Position numbers and translations under genes: made by a program
In this document: positions 54,903-64,000 of the stretch, piece after piece
How positions within the stretch are numbered: position 1 is the stretch's first letter
Layout: every line of letters begins with the position of its first letter
Assembly: GCA_041287245.1 (NCBI GenBank)
Contig: JBEULP010000062.1
Location: forward strand, 1-64,000
Origin: Infirmifilum sp.
Lineage (GTDB): Archaea; Thermoproteota; Thermoprotei; Thermofilales; Thermofilaceae
Direction of reading: 5' to 3'
DNA: 64,000 bases
Notes under the pieces: model-generated
Told to the model about the DNA's origin: nothing
What the model saw: only the letters and a program-made list of their open reading frames with translations
The model's database searches: none

Positions 54903-55874
54903 ATGAAGGTTGTGGTTACTGGGGGTGCCGGCTTCATCGGCCATAATACGGCTCTGTATCTGGCTGAGAGAGGCTACGAAGTCCTAGTGGTGGATTCGCT
55001 GGAGCGCTCGACCCGTCTCGCTCTTGAGAGACTCTCTCGAAGTGGTATCCGCGTGGTGAGGGATGACGTGAGGGATCCAGTGTTTCTCACAGGGTATCTG
55101 GAGAATGGAGACGTGGTTGTACACGCAGCGGCATATATAAGCGTTGAGGAGTCAGTAGCGTCGCCGGAGCGCTACCTTGAAAACAACGTCCTGGGCACGC
55201 TAAACGTAGCTAGAGCATGTCTAAGGAAGGGGGCTAGCCTTGTATTCCTCAGCTCCGCATCGGTGTACGGTACGCCTTTGAAGCTTCCTATAGGCGAAGA
55301 CCACCCTACAAAGCCTCTCTCACCATACGGCCTCAGCAAGCTATTCGGGGAGCTCTTGCTCGAGCTCTACGGCCGCGATGGACTAAGGTACACTATACTT
55401 CGCCTTTTCAACGTGTACGGCCCAGGTCAAACAGGCCCCTACGCGGGTGTGATATCTAGGTTTATCGAGTCCGCACTGAAAAGGGAAAAGCTCGTAGTCT
55501 TTGGAGATGGAACACAAACGAGAGACTTTGTGAACGTGCTTGACGTTGCGCGCGCCGTCGAATTAGCGATAACGAGCCAGGTATACGGGGAGGTGTTCAA
55601 CATAGGCTCAGGGCGGGCCACGTCTATTAACGAGTTAGCTAGCCTTGTCAAGAGCCTATTATGCGGCGAGTGTAGCGTCGAGTATAAACCCCCTAGGCCA
55701 GGCGACATCAAGCACAGCTATGCCGATATAAGAAAGGTTAGAGAGAAGCTGGGGTATAATCCGAGGATAACCCTCGAAGAAGGACTTAGAGAACTCGTTA
55801 AGTTCTACACTGCTGAGGGGTATGCAGTTGAGAAACTAGGAGAGTCTCAAACTGGAAATAAAACTATATCTTGA
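54903..55874 (+). CDS. NAD-dependent epimerase/dehydratase (UDP-glucose 4-epimerase-like)
   Basis: GGAGFIG, SSASVYG, YGLSK, NVYGP. Confidence 0.88.
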   Translation: MKVVVTGGAGFIGHNTALYLAERGYEVLVVDSLERSTRLALERLSRSGIRVVRDDVRDPVFLTGYLENGDVVVHAAAYISVEESVASPERYLENNVLGTLNVARACLRKGASLVFLSSASVYGTPLKLPIGEDHPTKPLSPYGLSKLFGELLLELYGRDGLRYTILRLFNVYGPGQTGPYAGVISRFIESALKREKLVVFGDGTQTRDFVNVLDVARAVELAITSQVYGEVFNIGSGRATSINELASLVKSLLCGECSVEYKPPRPGDIKHSYADIRKVREKLGYNPRITLEEGLRELVKFYTAEGYAVEKLGESQTGNKTIS

Positions 55875-55901
55875 CTCCTTGCTTAAACCTTTAGTGCTTA
55901 T

Positions 55902-56687
55902 ATGGACTGCGCAGAACCCCCTGGGAACTTATCTCTAATGCTCCGGGAAGCATGGCCCGAAATCAAGGTTTGCAGCTTTGACTACTGCCTAGAATCGTCG
56001 CAGGACATCGCCAAGAGGCTACACCGGGATCCAGGTCCCACTCTAGTTCTATGCGGAGAGATCAGAGAGGCTAGAGGGCGAGCAGGTAGGAGGTGGTTCG
56101 CCGGGAGAGGAGGCTTGTGGTTTACACTGGCCTTCAAGCATGATAGCCCTAACCAGCTTGGGGTGATAGCGCTGGGGGCGGGCGTAGCGGTAGCGAGAGC
56201 CATTTCATCATCAACGGGACTAGAAGCTAGAGTAAAGTGGCCGAACGATGTTTTGGTGAACGAGAGGAAGGTTGCCGGAATCTTGATAGAGGCTTCCCCA
56301 ACTGATGGCGGGAACTACCTGTTACTGCTCGGCGTGGGTGTCAACGTGAACAATAGTTTGCCCATTGATTTGGCTGGACAGGCAGCCACCCTTAAGGATT
56401 ATCTAGGAGCACCAGTTAATGAGTACTCTTTGCTGGCAAGGGTTGTTGGGGAGCTTCACAGCATGTACTCCGAGCTTAAGAGTGGTAGTGCATTTGAGAT
56501 TCTACGCCTCTGGAAGTCTCTCTCAGCAACCCTTAGCCGTCCTGTAAAGGTTACCCTATCCGACGGGGTTGATGTGCAGGGAGTGGCTGTAGATGTAGAC
56601 GAGAATGGAGGTCTTGTTGTGGACACAGGTGGGAAGCGCCTCGTCTTTTACTTCGGAGAGGTTATACACTTGAGGCACCGGCTATAG
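55902..56687 (+). CDS. birA: Biotin-protein ligase (no HTH domain)
   Basis: RGRAGRRW, KWPND, KVAGIL, GVGVN. Confidence 0.88.
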   Translation: MDCAEPPGNLSLMLREAWPEIKVCSFDYCLESSQDIAKRLHRDPGPTLVLCGEIREARGRAGRRWFAGRGGLWFTLAFKHDSPNQLGVIALGAGVAVARAISSSTGLEARVKWPNDVLVNERKVAGILIEASPTDGGNYLLLLGVGVNVNNSLPIDLAGQAATLKDYLGAPVNEYSLLARVVGELHSMYSELKSGSAFEILRLWKSLSATLSRPVKVTLSDGVDVQGVAVDVDENGGLVVDTGGKRLVFYFGEVIHLRHRL

Positions 56688-56768
56688 AGTCTCTCTGGGC
56701 GGAGGTTATTAAAAGGCATTATTTCATTAGTTTTTTGGAATACAGTAATTCCAGTTTTCTGTGGAAAC

Positions 56769-57230
56769 ATGACGACCCCGGAGGTTCCGTGTATGGTTCT
56801 AATGGAGCTGCTAGCTGTGCTTTCGTCGGCGTTTGCCCCCCTAAATGTTCCTAAGTCCAGCGCGTTCATACTAGCCCTACTCTACGCCATTAGGAAGCCT
56901 CTAGACACAAGCGAGATTGAGAGGATTACAGGTTATAGCAAGTCCGCTGTTTCCGCAGCTCTTAAGGTACTCGAGAGCCATAAGCTTGTCAATAGGTTTA
57001 GAAGCGGTAGAAGAAACTTGTATCTGCCATCTACCCCTCTGCCGAGGCTCTTAGCCGAGTCACACATTCGTATGCTTAAATCTATAAATGAGAGGCTTCG
57101 AGAAATTTCTAGGCGCTCCCCTGAGGTTGGAGAGCATCTTAGCCACATCAACTCTGAGCTTATTGTAGCGATTAAGGCTCTCGAGGCTGGTCTTCATGGA
57201 ATTGATAATGGAGGCATACTCAAAGAGTGA
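56769..57230 (+). CDS. GbsR/MarR-like winged-helix transcriptional regulator
   Basis: TSEIERITGYSKSAVSAALKVLE HTH; start may be 56802. Confidence 0.78.
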   Translation: MTTPEVPCMVLMELLAVLSSAFAPLNVPKSSAFILALLYAIRKPLDTSEIERITGYSKSAVSAALKVLESHKLVNRFRSGRRNLYLPSTPLPRLLAESHIRMLKSINERLREISRRSPEVGEHLSHINSELIVAIKALEAGLHGIDNGGILKE

Positions 57231-57390
57231 CGTCTACAAGGCTATCAGTGAGGCGCGGAAAAACGGTGTGAAGAGAATTGTACTCCTGGTTGACGCTTCC
57301 GACCCTGCCGGAGCGCTGGAGCTCGTTAGGGATGCTATGGCTGAGGCTACGTTCCTGACGATAGAGGTGAGGGTGAAAAAGAATGTATGA
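57196..57390 (+). CDS. Small hypothetical protein
   Basis: Overlaps both neighbours in an apparent operon. Confidence 0.55.
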   Translation: MELIMEAYSKSDVYKAISEARKNGVKRIVLLVDASDPAGALELVRDAMAEATFLTIEVRVKKNV

Positions 57391-58936
57391 CGTAATCATA
57401 ACAACGGATAGGACGATGATGACGAACCACCACAGAAAGGAGTTCATAGGCTTTTTTACGACAGCCCCGCCCGTAGGCATGCCTGAACGTGTCTGGATGT
57501 GGCTTAGCGCTCCAAAACCCAAGGTTGATAGGTTGGGGAGACCCCTTGAAGCACCCTACGGTCTGAGGAAGGTTGAGGCTAAGCTCCTCGATGAGGGGTT
57601 TAAGGCTGCTATCATAGACCCAGACTCTCTCGACAGGTACATGTCCAAGGCTAAAGTTCTCATGCTGGGGCACCACGACTACTTCGCGATGAACTCTCCA
57701 AGCGTTGAGTGGTGGGCAATCACAGGGTTGGAGCCTGTAAACAGCAGGAGCTTTAAGCGCTTGATGACCAGGAGGAGCATACGGGAGGCTAAACAGCGAG
57801 GTTTGAAGATAATAGCTGGGGGGCCAGCTGCCTGGCAGTGGCTGTGGCATACGGACGAAATGCGTAGCTTTGGGGTCGACACGGTTGTTGACGGTGAAGC
57901 GGAAAGGGTTATTGGTGACCTTGTACGGAAGGCTTTGGAGGGAGATGAGCTCCCGGCATATCTTTACGTGGGACCTGACGACGCGCCAAGCTTGGAAGAA
58001 ATCCCTGAGATAAAGGGTGCGAGTATAAACGGGCTAGTCGAGGTTATGAGGGGGTGTCCCAGGCGCTGCAGGTTCTGCCCCGTGACGCTCAGGCCTGTTA
58101 GGTACTACCCCCTCGAGAAGATCGAAAAGGAGCTGCAGGTGAACGTGAAGGCGGGCATCAAATCGGGAGTTCTTCACTCAGAAGACATTCTACTCTACGG
58201 TGCGAAGGGTATCGAGCCTAACCCGGACGCCCTGTTAAAGCTTCACGTTCTCGCTAAGAGGTATTATAGGACGATAGCCTGGAGCCACGTGACCCTGGCA
58301 GGCGTCAAGTACGCGCAGGAGAAGTACAAGCTAATAACGAGGCTGACAGACATAATATACGACGAGCACCAGGACTGGCTCGGCGTCCAGGTGGGGCTTG
58401 AGACAGGCGGTCTACACCTCGCTAGGATAATCATGCCCGGGAAGGCTGCGCCATACCCTATTGAAAAGTGGCATGAGGTCGTTGAGGATGCTCTCTCGAT
58501 AATGCATGAACACAGGATAGTCCCAGCTTTAACTCTAATCCTCGGCGCCCCAGGAGAGACTGAGGAAGACCTAGTCCAGACTAGCGAGCTCCTAGACAAG
58601 ATCAAAGATTATCGGAGCCTAATTGTACCCATGTTTTTCGTGCCAATGGGCTATTTAAAGGACAGGGAAGGCTTTTTGAGGGAACGAATTACCGAGCAAC
58701 ACGTAGAAGTCATGTGGCGCGCACTCCAACACTCGCTGAAATGGGGCGAGGATATAGCGTTCAAGATGTACCTCCGGTCCCCGAAGCACCTTCCGTTAAA
58801 AATACTCTTCAGAGGCTTCCTACTATATGTAAAAAAGAGGCGAGACGAAATACAGAGGATAATCGAAGAACAGGGGTATCAGGCGCTTTTGCCTTCACGC
58901 CCTGTCCCAATAGAGCCTAGTAAAATATTGGCATAA
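57383..58936 (+). CDS. B12-binding-type radical SAM protein
   Basis: APYGLRK, GGP, DGEAE, RGCPRRCRFC. Confidence 0.85.
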   Translation: MYDVIITTDRTMMTNHHRKEFIGFFTTAPPVGMPERVWMWLSAPKPKVDRLGRPLEAPYGLRKVEAKLLDEGFKAAIIDPDSLDRYMSKAKVLMLGHHDYFAMNSPSVEWWAITGLEPVNSRSFKRLMTRRSIREAKQRGLKIIAGGPAAWQWLWHTDEMRSFGVDTVVDGEAERVIGDLVRKALEGDELPAYLYVGPDDAPSLEEIPEIKGASINGLVEVMRGCPRRCRFCPVTLRPVRYYPLEKIEKELQVNVKAGIKSGVLHSEDILLYGAKGIEPNPDALLKLHVLAKRYYRTIAWSHVTLAGVKYAQEKYKLITRLTDIIYDEHQDWLGVQVGLETGGLHLARIIMPGKAAPYPIEKWHEVVEDALSIMHEHRIVPALTLILGAPGETEEDLVQTSELLDKIKDYRSLIVPMFFVPMGYLKDREGFLRERITEQHVEVMWRALQHSLKWGEDIAFKMYLRSPKHLPLKILFRGFLLYVKKRRDEIQRIIEEQGYQALLPSRPVPIEPSKILA

Positions 58937-58981
58937 GCCTTCCGGCATAAACGTTATAAAAAACTACAGCAGGTAAAGCTT

Positions 58982-59030
58982 GTGATGATTGACTCCAAAT
59001 CTGAGTCGTGATGATTGGTGACAAATCTGA
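58982..59030 (+). ncRNA. Box C/D guide sRNA with canonical C, D', C' and D boxes
   Basis: GTGATGA-12nt-CTGA-GTC-GTGATGA-12nt-CTGA; TTATAAAAA upstream. Confidence 0.88.
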
Positions 59031-59105
59031 AAATTCTACAGTAGAGCAGTACAACAAGAACGGAAAACAAGAATAAGAGTACCAGGAAGGGATGAATGAG
59101 AGATG

Positions 59106-59426
59106 TTAGGGGCTGATAACTATAGCTCTTCGCTCTACGAGCGCTCTCACAACTTTTTTACGTCCGCTTTCTAGGATACGCCATAAGGTTGTCTTAGACA
59201 CGCCCATCCGTTCTGCAGCCTCGTCCTGTGACAAGTCCTCGAGATATACGAGGCGCATGGCTTCCAGCTCATCAGGGGTTATGATTACAGGCTCTCCCAA
59301 GAGAGGACTGCCGTCTTCGGCGAAGGGCATAAACTTTACCCCTAGTATCTGGCTCCAGATCCGCCTAGCCTTAGGAGGTCTACCTCTGCCACAGCCTTTT
59401 CTCCAAGCCCAGGGAGGTCCATGCAT
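59106..59426 (-). CDS. DUF134 (UPF0251) HTH protein
   Basis: GRP, DELEAMRL, QDEAAERMGVSKTT, GRKK. Confidence 0.85.
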   Translation of the reverse strand: MHGPPWAWRKGCGRGRPPKARRIWSQILGVKFMPFAEDGSPLLGEPVIITPDELEAMRLVYLEDLSQDEAAERMGVSKTTLWRILESGRKKVVRALVERRAIVISP

Positions 59427-59463
59427 ACACTACAATCTAAGTTGTATCTAGGAGTTGAAAAAG

Positions 59464-61026
59464 TTATTCGTATTCTATAGTTGCGGGTGGCTTGTGCGTT
59501 ACGTCGTACAGCACGCGGTTAACCCCTTCAACCTCGTTTACGAGGCGCTCAGCTATTCTCTCCAAGATGTCCCATGGTATCCGTGCGAAGCTAGCCGTCA
59601 TGGCATCCTCGCTCTCCACTGCTCGAAGAGCTATTACATACTCATAGCTCCTAACGTCGCCTTTTACCCCTACGGTTTTCACGGAAAAGAGAGCTGGGAA
59701 AGCCTGCCAAAGCTTTTCATATAAGCCTGCCCTCTTTAGCTCTTCCTCTACGATTCTAGTAGCTTTCCTTAGTATCCTCAGCTTCTCCTCTGTAACTTCT
59801 CCTACTATTCTGACGGCAAGCCCAGGTCCCGGGAAGGGGTGCTGCATCACTATTTCTTCAGGCAATCCTAGGCTTCTAGCTACCCTCCTGACCTCGTCCT
59901 TATAGAAGTCGGCTAGCGGCTCGACGATTTCTAGCCCCGGTATCGCCTCCATTACAACGTTGTGGTGGCTCTTTATTTTAGCTGTAGCCTTACTTGTGGC
60001 GCCGCTCTCAACCCTGTCGGGATAGATAGTTCCCTGTGCTAGGTACTTGAACCCCCCTAGCTTCTCATTAACCTTAACAGCCACCTCCCTGAAAATCTCT
60101 GCAAAAGTGCTGGCGATTATTCTCCGCTTCTCTTCAGGGTCCACTACTCCCCTTAGCCTAGAGAGAAACCTCTCACTGGCGTCAACATAGGTTACGTTCT
60201 CGAAGCCAAGGGTATTCAGCGTCTCCAGGACGCGTTGGCTCTCATTCTCGCGTAGCAGTCCTGTGTTAATGTGGACGAGGTAAATGTTTTCCTTTCCCAC
60301 AGCCCTCAAAATCATAGTAGCCGCAGTTAGGGAGTCTACACCCCCGCTTACAGCCATGAGAACTTTACCCTTAAGCCTTTCGCGCAATCGACTAATGATC
60401 TCTCTCGCCTCGTCCTCCACAAACCAGTTAGGTGAGAGCCCAGCAACCCTGGATAAAAAGTTTCCAAGGATTGTTTTCCCATACTCGGTATGTCTAACCT
60501 CAGGGTGAAACTGTACCCCATAAACAGGAAGTTTCTTATGTTTGAAGGCTGCAACCTCCGAATAATCCGTAGAGGCTAGCGTCTCAAACTCTTCTGGGAG
60601 TTTTTCCACAGCGTCTCTATGGGACATCCACACTTTTTGTCTCTCAGGCGTTCCTTCGAAAAGAGGATCTTTTTTCAAAACTCTTAGGAGGCTGAGACCA
60701 TACTCCCCCTTTTCGCGCCGAGCTACATGCCCACCGAAGACGCTGGCTATAAGCTGGTGACCATAGCAGATGCCCAGCAAGGGCAGGGGCTTATCGAGAA
60801 TATACCTAATCACCTCTGCGCGCGGCTTAGGCGCGTTCTCAACATATATACTCGAGGGCCCTCCGGAAAATATAACAGCGGATGGTTTTGTTCTGAGAAA
60901 TGCGTCTAACGTAGCGTCATATGGGAGGAGCTGCGAGTAAAAATTGAGTTCTCGGACCCTACGGGCTATAAGATGGGCATACTGCCCACCGAAGTCAAAC
61001 ACGACGACGCTCTCTCTAGACTCCAT
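59464..61026 (-). CDS. guaA: GMP synthase (glutamine-hydrolysing, fused)
   Basis: DFGGQY, GICYG, HPE, SGGVDS, KSHHNV, PFPGPGL, KPPATIEYE. Confidence 0.95.
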   Translation of the reverse strand: MESRESVVVFDFGGQYAHLIARRVRELNFYSQLLPYDATLDAFLRTKPSAVIFSGGPSSIYVENAPKPRAEVIRYILDKPLPLLGICYGHQLIASVFGGHVARREKGEYGLSLLRVLKKDPLFEGTPERQKVWMSHRDAVEKLPEEFETLASTDYSEVAAFKHKKLPVYGVQFHPEVRHTEYGKTILGNFLSRVAGLSPNWFVEDEAREIISRLRERLKGKVLMAVSGGVDSLTAATMILRAVGKENIYLVHINTGLLRENESQRVLETLNTLGFENVTYVDASERFLSRLRGVVDPEEKRRIIASTFAEIFREVAVKVNEKLGGFKYLAQGTIYPDRVESGATSKATAKIKSHHNVVMEAIPGLEIVEPLADFYKDEVRRVARSLGLPEEIVMQHPFPGPGLAVRIVGEVTEEKLRILRKATRIVEEELKRAGLYEKLWQAFPALFSVKTVGVKGDVRSYEYVIALRAVESEDAMTASFARIPWDILERIAERLVNEVEGVNRVLYDVTHKPPATIEYE

Positions 61027-62110
61027 ATCTCTCAAAGGCAAGCTTTACAGCCTCTTCTTTAATCTTTTTAACATCAGAGCCGCTCAGGTTCATCCTGGGA
61101 ATGTTATTCTCGTAAACTGCAATCACGCCGTCGACGAGCACGGCTCTCGGGCGTACCTCGCCGCGAAGCACCCTCTCAAGGTCTGCGTCGAAAGCCACGA
61201 TGTCGCCGCTACTCTTCATTCTTAGTATTCTGTAACCCCCTGCGGTGGCTTTTTCGAGAAGCTTTATGCCCGCACCATGAATCCTTACGGCATCAAGATA
61301 GGTCTTAGCTACTGTTCCCGTAACTAGAGGCCAGTCGCTCCCCAGGGCGTCGAAGTATTCTATGTTGTTCAAAGTGCGGTTATATAAGTAGGTGTTGGAC
61401 GTCGGACAGTGGACAACTCTAATTCCAAGGCTCTTGCACTTCTCAGCTCCTACTATACAGTGCACAGCAATAATATTCTCCGAGGCGCCGCCTAAAACCT
61501 CCACAAGCGTGTCAGACTCGTCTATACCCTCGGATAGATGAAGGGCGAAGGGTATGCGAAGCTTCAAAGAGGTCTTGTACGACGCTAGAAGGTATGAGGG
61601 GCTTGTTCTCCGCAGAGAGTGGACGAAAAACCCCATATTGAAGAAACCATCCCACCTTGACAGGTTCCTTATATACTCTGCATAAACAACCTCAGGAGAG
61701 CTCCAACCTTCTCTATCCATAACGGTAGGCAACAAGACTACACGGGGACTCACGGGTAGAGAAAGTAACGCCTTAACGTTGCCCTCAAGGCTTCCCGTCA
61801 AAGCTACGAGAGTAGCCCCCTCCAGCAGCGAGGACAATAGTGTAGCCCTGGCTAGTAGTGATGATAGCTCCGCGTCCCTCCGTATCCCAGCCTCGTCTAC
61901 CCTCAAACGCCTGTTTTCAAGCCACTCGTACGAGTTAGCCCACCGACCGGGCTCACCAACGTCTACCACCTGGGGGTGAGCGTGAGCGTCACTGAAACCA
62001 GGTGCGACCGCCGAGGCGAAGTAAAAGTCTTCTACTCCTTTATATGGGATCCTCACATTCCTCCTCACAACCCCGTGATCAAGAAACTCTGAAACCTCTA
62101 TAACACCCAT
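61016..62110 (-). CDS. Metal-dependent amidohydrolase (deaminase-like)
   Basis: PGFSDAHAH, HS, HLSE, VHC, HCPTSN, GSD. Confidence 0.8.
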   Translation of the reverse strand: MGVIEVSEFLDHGVVRRNVRIPYKGVEDFYFASAVAPGFSDAHAHPQVVDVGEPGRWANSYEWLENRRLRVDEAGIRRDAELSSLLARATLLSSLLEGATLVALTGSLEGNVKALLSLPVSPRVVLLPTVMDREGWSSPEVVYAEYIRNLSRWDGFFNMGFFVHSLRRTSPSYLLASYKTSLKLRIPFALHLSEGIDESDTLVEVLGGASENIIAVHCIVGAEKCKSLGIRVVHCPTSNTYLYNRTLNNIEYFDALGSDWPLVTGTVAKTYLDAVRIHGAGIKLLEKATAGGYRILRMKSSGDIVAFDADLERVLRGEVRPRAVLVDGVIAVYENNIPRMNLSGSDVKKIKEEAVKLAFERYGV

Positions 62111-63159
62111 TAGTACTTCACCTCTAAAAGCCCACGTGGTCCGCTTTCCCTATACCCGGCCCCCAGAAGCCTTACAAAGACGCTCTTCTCCTGTAACTCC
62201 TTTATACTCCTAGCCCCAACATACCCCATTCCCTGCTTGACGCCACCTACTATCCAAGCCACCACGCTGGACGCGCTCCCACGGCACTCGACAAGCCCCT
62301 CCACCCCCTCCGGAACCCTCTTAAACTCCCCATACCTAGTCGACCCGCTAGCAAGAGCACCACGGCTCCCCATCCCCCTGTAGACCTTAAAACACCTACC
62401 GTTCTTGAAAACCAAGGCTCCTGGTGCCTCATCGGTGCCTGCTAATAGGTATCCAAGCATCACCGCGTCGGCGCCGGCCGCTAAGGCCTTAACCGCGTCA
62501 GCTGGCTTCTCAATCCCTCCGTCCGCTATTACGGATACACCGTGTTCCCTGGCAACGTCTGCGACGGAGGCGATAGCCGTCAGCTGGGGACACCCAACGC
62601 CAGCTACTTCACGAGTCGTACACGCGTGACCCGGTCCTACACCAACCCGCAGCGATACCGCTCCAGCCGTGATTAGATCCTCGGCTGCCTCACCTGTAAC
62701 GATATTCCCAGCCATCACCATTGCACCAAGAGATGTAAACCTTTTAGTAGCCTCCACAACATTCTTGCTGTGGCCGTGAGCCGTGTCTATAACTATCAAG
62801 GAAGCACCCGCATCCAGGAGCCTCTTAACTCTCTCGTCGTCAAACGGGCCTACGGCTACGGCGACTGGGATCTTTTCATGGGACGACTCTCTGACTATTT
62901 TCAGTGCCTCGTCGAGGGGGAGATTCCTAGGAAGAACGCCAAGCCCGCCAAGCCTGCCCAGTGTAATAACCATCTCTCTGCCCGTCACTGTATCCATGGG
63001 AGAACTAAGAACAGGTATTGAGATTGTTAGGTTAGGCGCTATATGAGCCGAGACATCAACCTCGTTTATATTCACATCAGAGTATCTTGGGAGTAGCAGT
63101 ACGTCGTCGAAGCTTAGAGCTATCTCGGCTGTTCTCAGCTTATCAGCAAATTTTCCCAT
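62110..63159 (-). CDS. guaB: IMP dehydrogenase (no CBS domains)
   Basis: SFDDVLL, SPMDTVT, DTAHGHS, VGPGHACTTR, ADGG, YRGMGS, VPEGVEG. Confidence 0.9.
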   Translation of the reverse strand: MGKFADKLRTAEIALSFDDVLLLPRYSDVNINEVDVSAHIAPNLTISIPVLSSPMDTVTGREMVITLGRLGGLGVLPRNLPLDEALKIVRESSHEKIPVAVAVGPFDDERVKRLLDAGASLIVIDTAHGHSKNVVEATKRFTSLGAMVMAGNIVTGEAAEDLITAGAVSLRVGVGPGHACTTREVAGVGCPQLTAIASVADVAREHGVSVIADGGIEKPADAVKALAAGADAVMLGYLLAGTDEAPGALVFKNGRCFKVYRGMGSRGALASGSTRYGEFKRVPEGVEGLVECRGSASSVVAWIVGGVKQGMGYVGARSIKELQEKSVFVRLLGAGYRESGPRGLLEVKY

Positions 63160-63242
63160 ATAACACAGCCGTCACGCTATACTAATAAGAATATTCTTTA
63201 TACAAAAACAATCTATATAAACATGTATATACTTTTTCAACT

Positions 63243-64000
63243 ATGAGTACACCGAGGAGGCTTTTCAAGCTTGGAAAAGCCAGCCTAGCAGTAACCCTCC
63301 CGAGGAAGTGGGTCGACAGGAATAACCTTAGAGAAGGCGACTCTGTCTTCGTAGAGGAATATGACAATTACCTCCTAGTCTCCCCGGCTAAGCCCCGCGA
63401 AGAGGCATTCGAAGAGACTAAAGTCTTAGAGGCGGCTCAGGGAGACGAGGACACAGTCGAAAGAATGATAATCGCGCTTTACCAGGCGGGCTACTCGTCA
63501 ATTAAAGTGGTATCGAGATCTGGTAGGGTTCCCTTGTCTCTACGTGAAGCTATACGTAGAACCTTGAAGCGTCTCGTTGGACTTGAGGTTTTCGAGGAAG
63601 GTTCTGATTATATACTTCTCCAGATGCTTGCCGACACCGCCTCCATCGAGGTGCCTAAAATACTAAACAGAATGGAGATCCTCATACTTAATAGTATAAA
63701 GGATTTGGAAGAGTTTGCCAACACGGGGGATACTTCCTACCTTAAAGATATAATTGAGAGGGATGAGGAGATAGATAAATTCTATTTTCTCCTGAGCAGA
63801 CAGATAACGCTTTCACTTCTATACTCCTGGTATCCAAGTAAGATAGGTGTGCAGGAAAAGACTTTGCTTCTCCCCATGTTTAACTACGGGAAAACACTGG
63901 AGAGGATAGGAGATGTCATAGTTAACATAGCGAGAATAGCATACACCATTGATTTTACAGTGGAGATCGTCAACTTGATACGCTCAGCCTTTGAAAACGG
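63243..64000 (+). CDS. AbrB-PhoU phosphate uptake regulator (3' end outside the window)
   Basis: Manual translation MSTPRRLFKLGKASLAVTLPRKWV...LVGLEV...ERDEEIDKFYF...LERIGD; missing from the ORF track because it runs off the window edge. Confidence 0.85.
   Translation, partial: MSTPRRLFKLGKASLAVTLPRKWVDRNNLREGDSVFVEEYDNYLLVSPAKPREEAFEETKVLEAAQGDEDTVERMIIALYQAGYSSIKVVSRSGRVPLSLREAIRRTLKRLVGLEVFEEGSDYILLQMLADTASIEVPKILNRMEILILNSIKDLEEFANTGDTSYLKDIIERDEEIDKFYFLLSRQITLSLLYSWYPSKIGVQEKTLLLPMFNYGKTLERIGDVIVNIARIAYTIDFTVEIVNLIRSAFEN

Overview
Archaeal chromosomal window. Gene content and style point to a hyperthermophilic Thermoproteales member, probably Thermofilaceae (inference, no database search). 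1-3300 is an AT-rich decaying island with a heptad-repeat coiled-coil protein, one intact and one decayed HEPN-MNT pair and gene fragments, bracketed by a 77-bp direct repeat. Next come a dTDP-rhamnose (rfb) operon, then two membrane alpha/beta hydrolases followed by a glycerol-3-phosphate dehydrogenase / FGGY kinase / alkyl-DHAP-synthase-like operon, and an Lhr helicase. A four-gene operon encodes a winged-helix protein, a degenerate RecA-fold protein, a divergent RadA paralog and a RecB/Cas4-like nuclease. Its promoter carries two 13-bp palindromic boxes that recur as a five-copy array with exact 21-bp period at 27678-27774. A tnpB-only IS200/IS605 element interrupts a C69 peptidase gene, and at least four non-autonomous derivatives (44-340 bp) are present. 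There are two C/D-box sRNAs. Housekeeping genes include a Co/Ni ECF transporter, menA-like and heme O synthase genes, nadE, apgM, a pantoate kinase-like gene, two moeA, pstSCAB, mobA, vapBC, a biotin ligase, a radical SAM enzyme, guaB-amidohydrolase-guaA and a partial AbrB-PhoU regulator. No tRNA, rRNA or CRISPR array was seen. The best candidate for an undescribed system is the wHTH/RecA-fold/RadA/nuclease operon with its box array.
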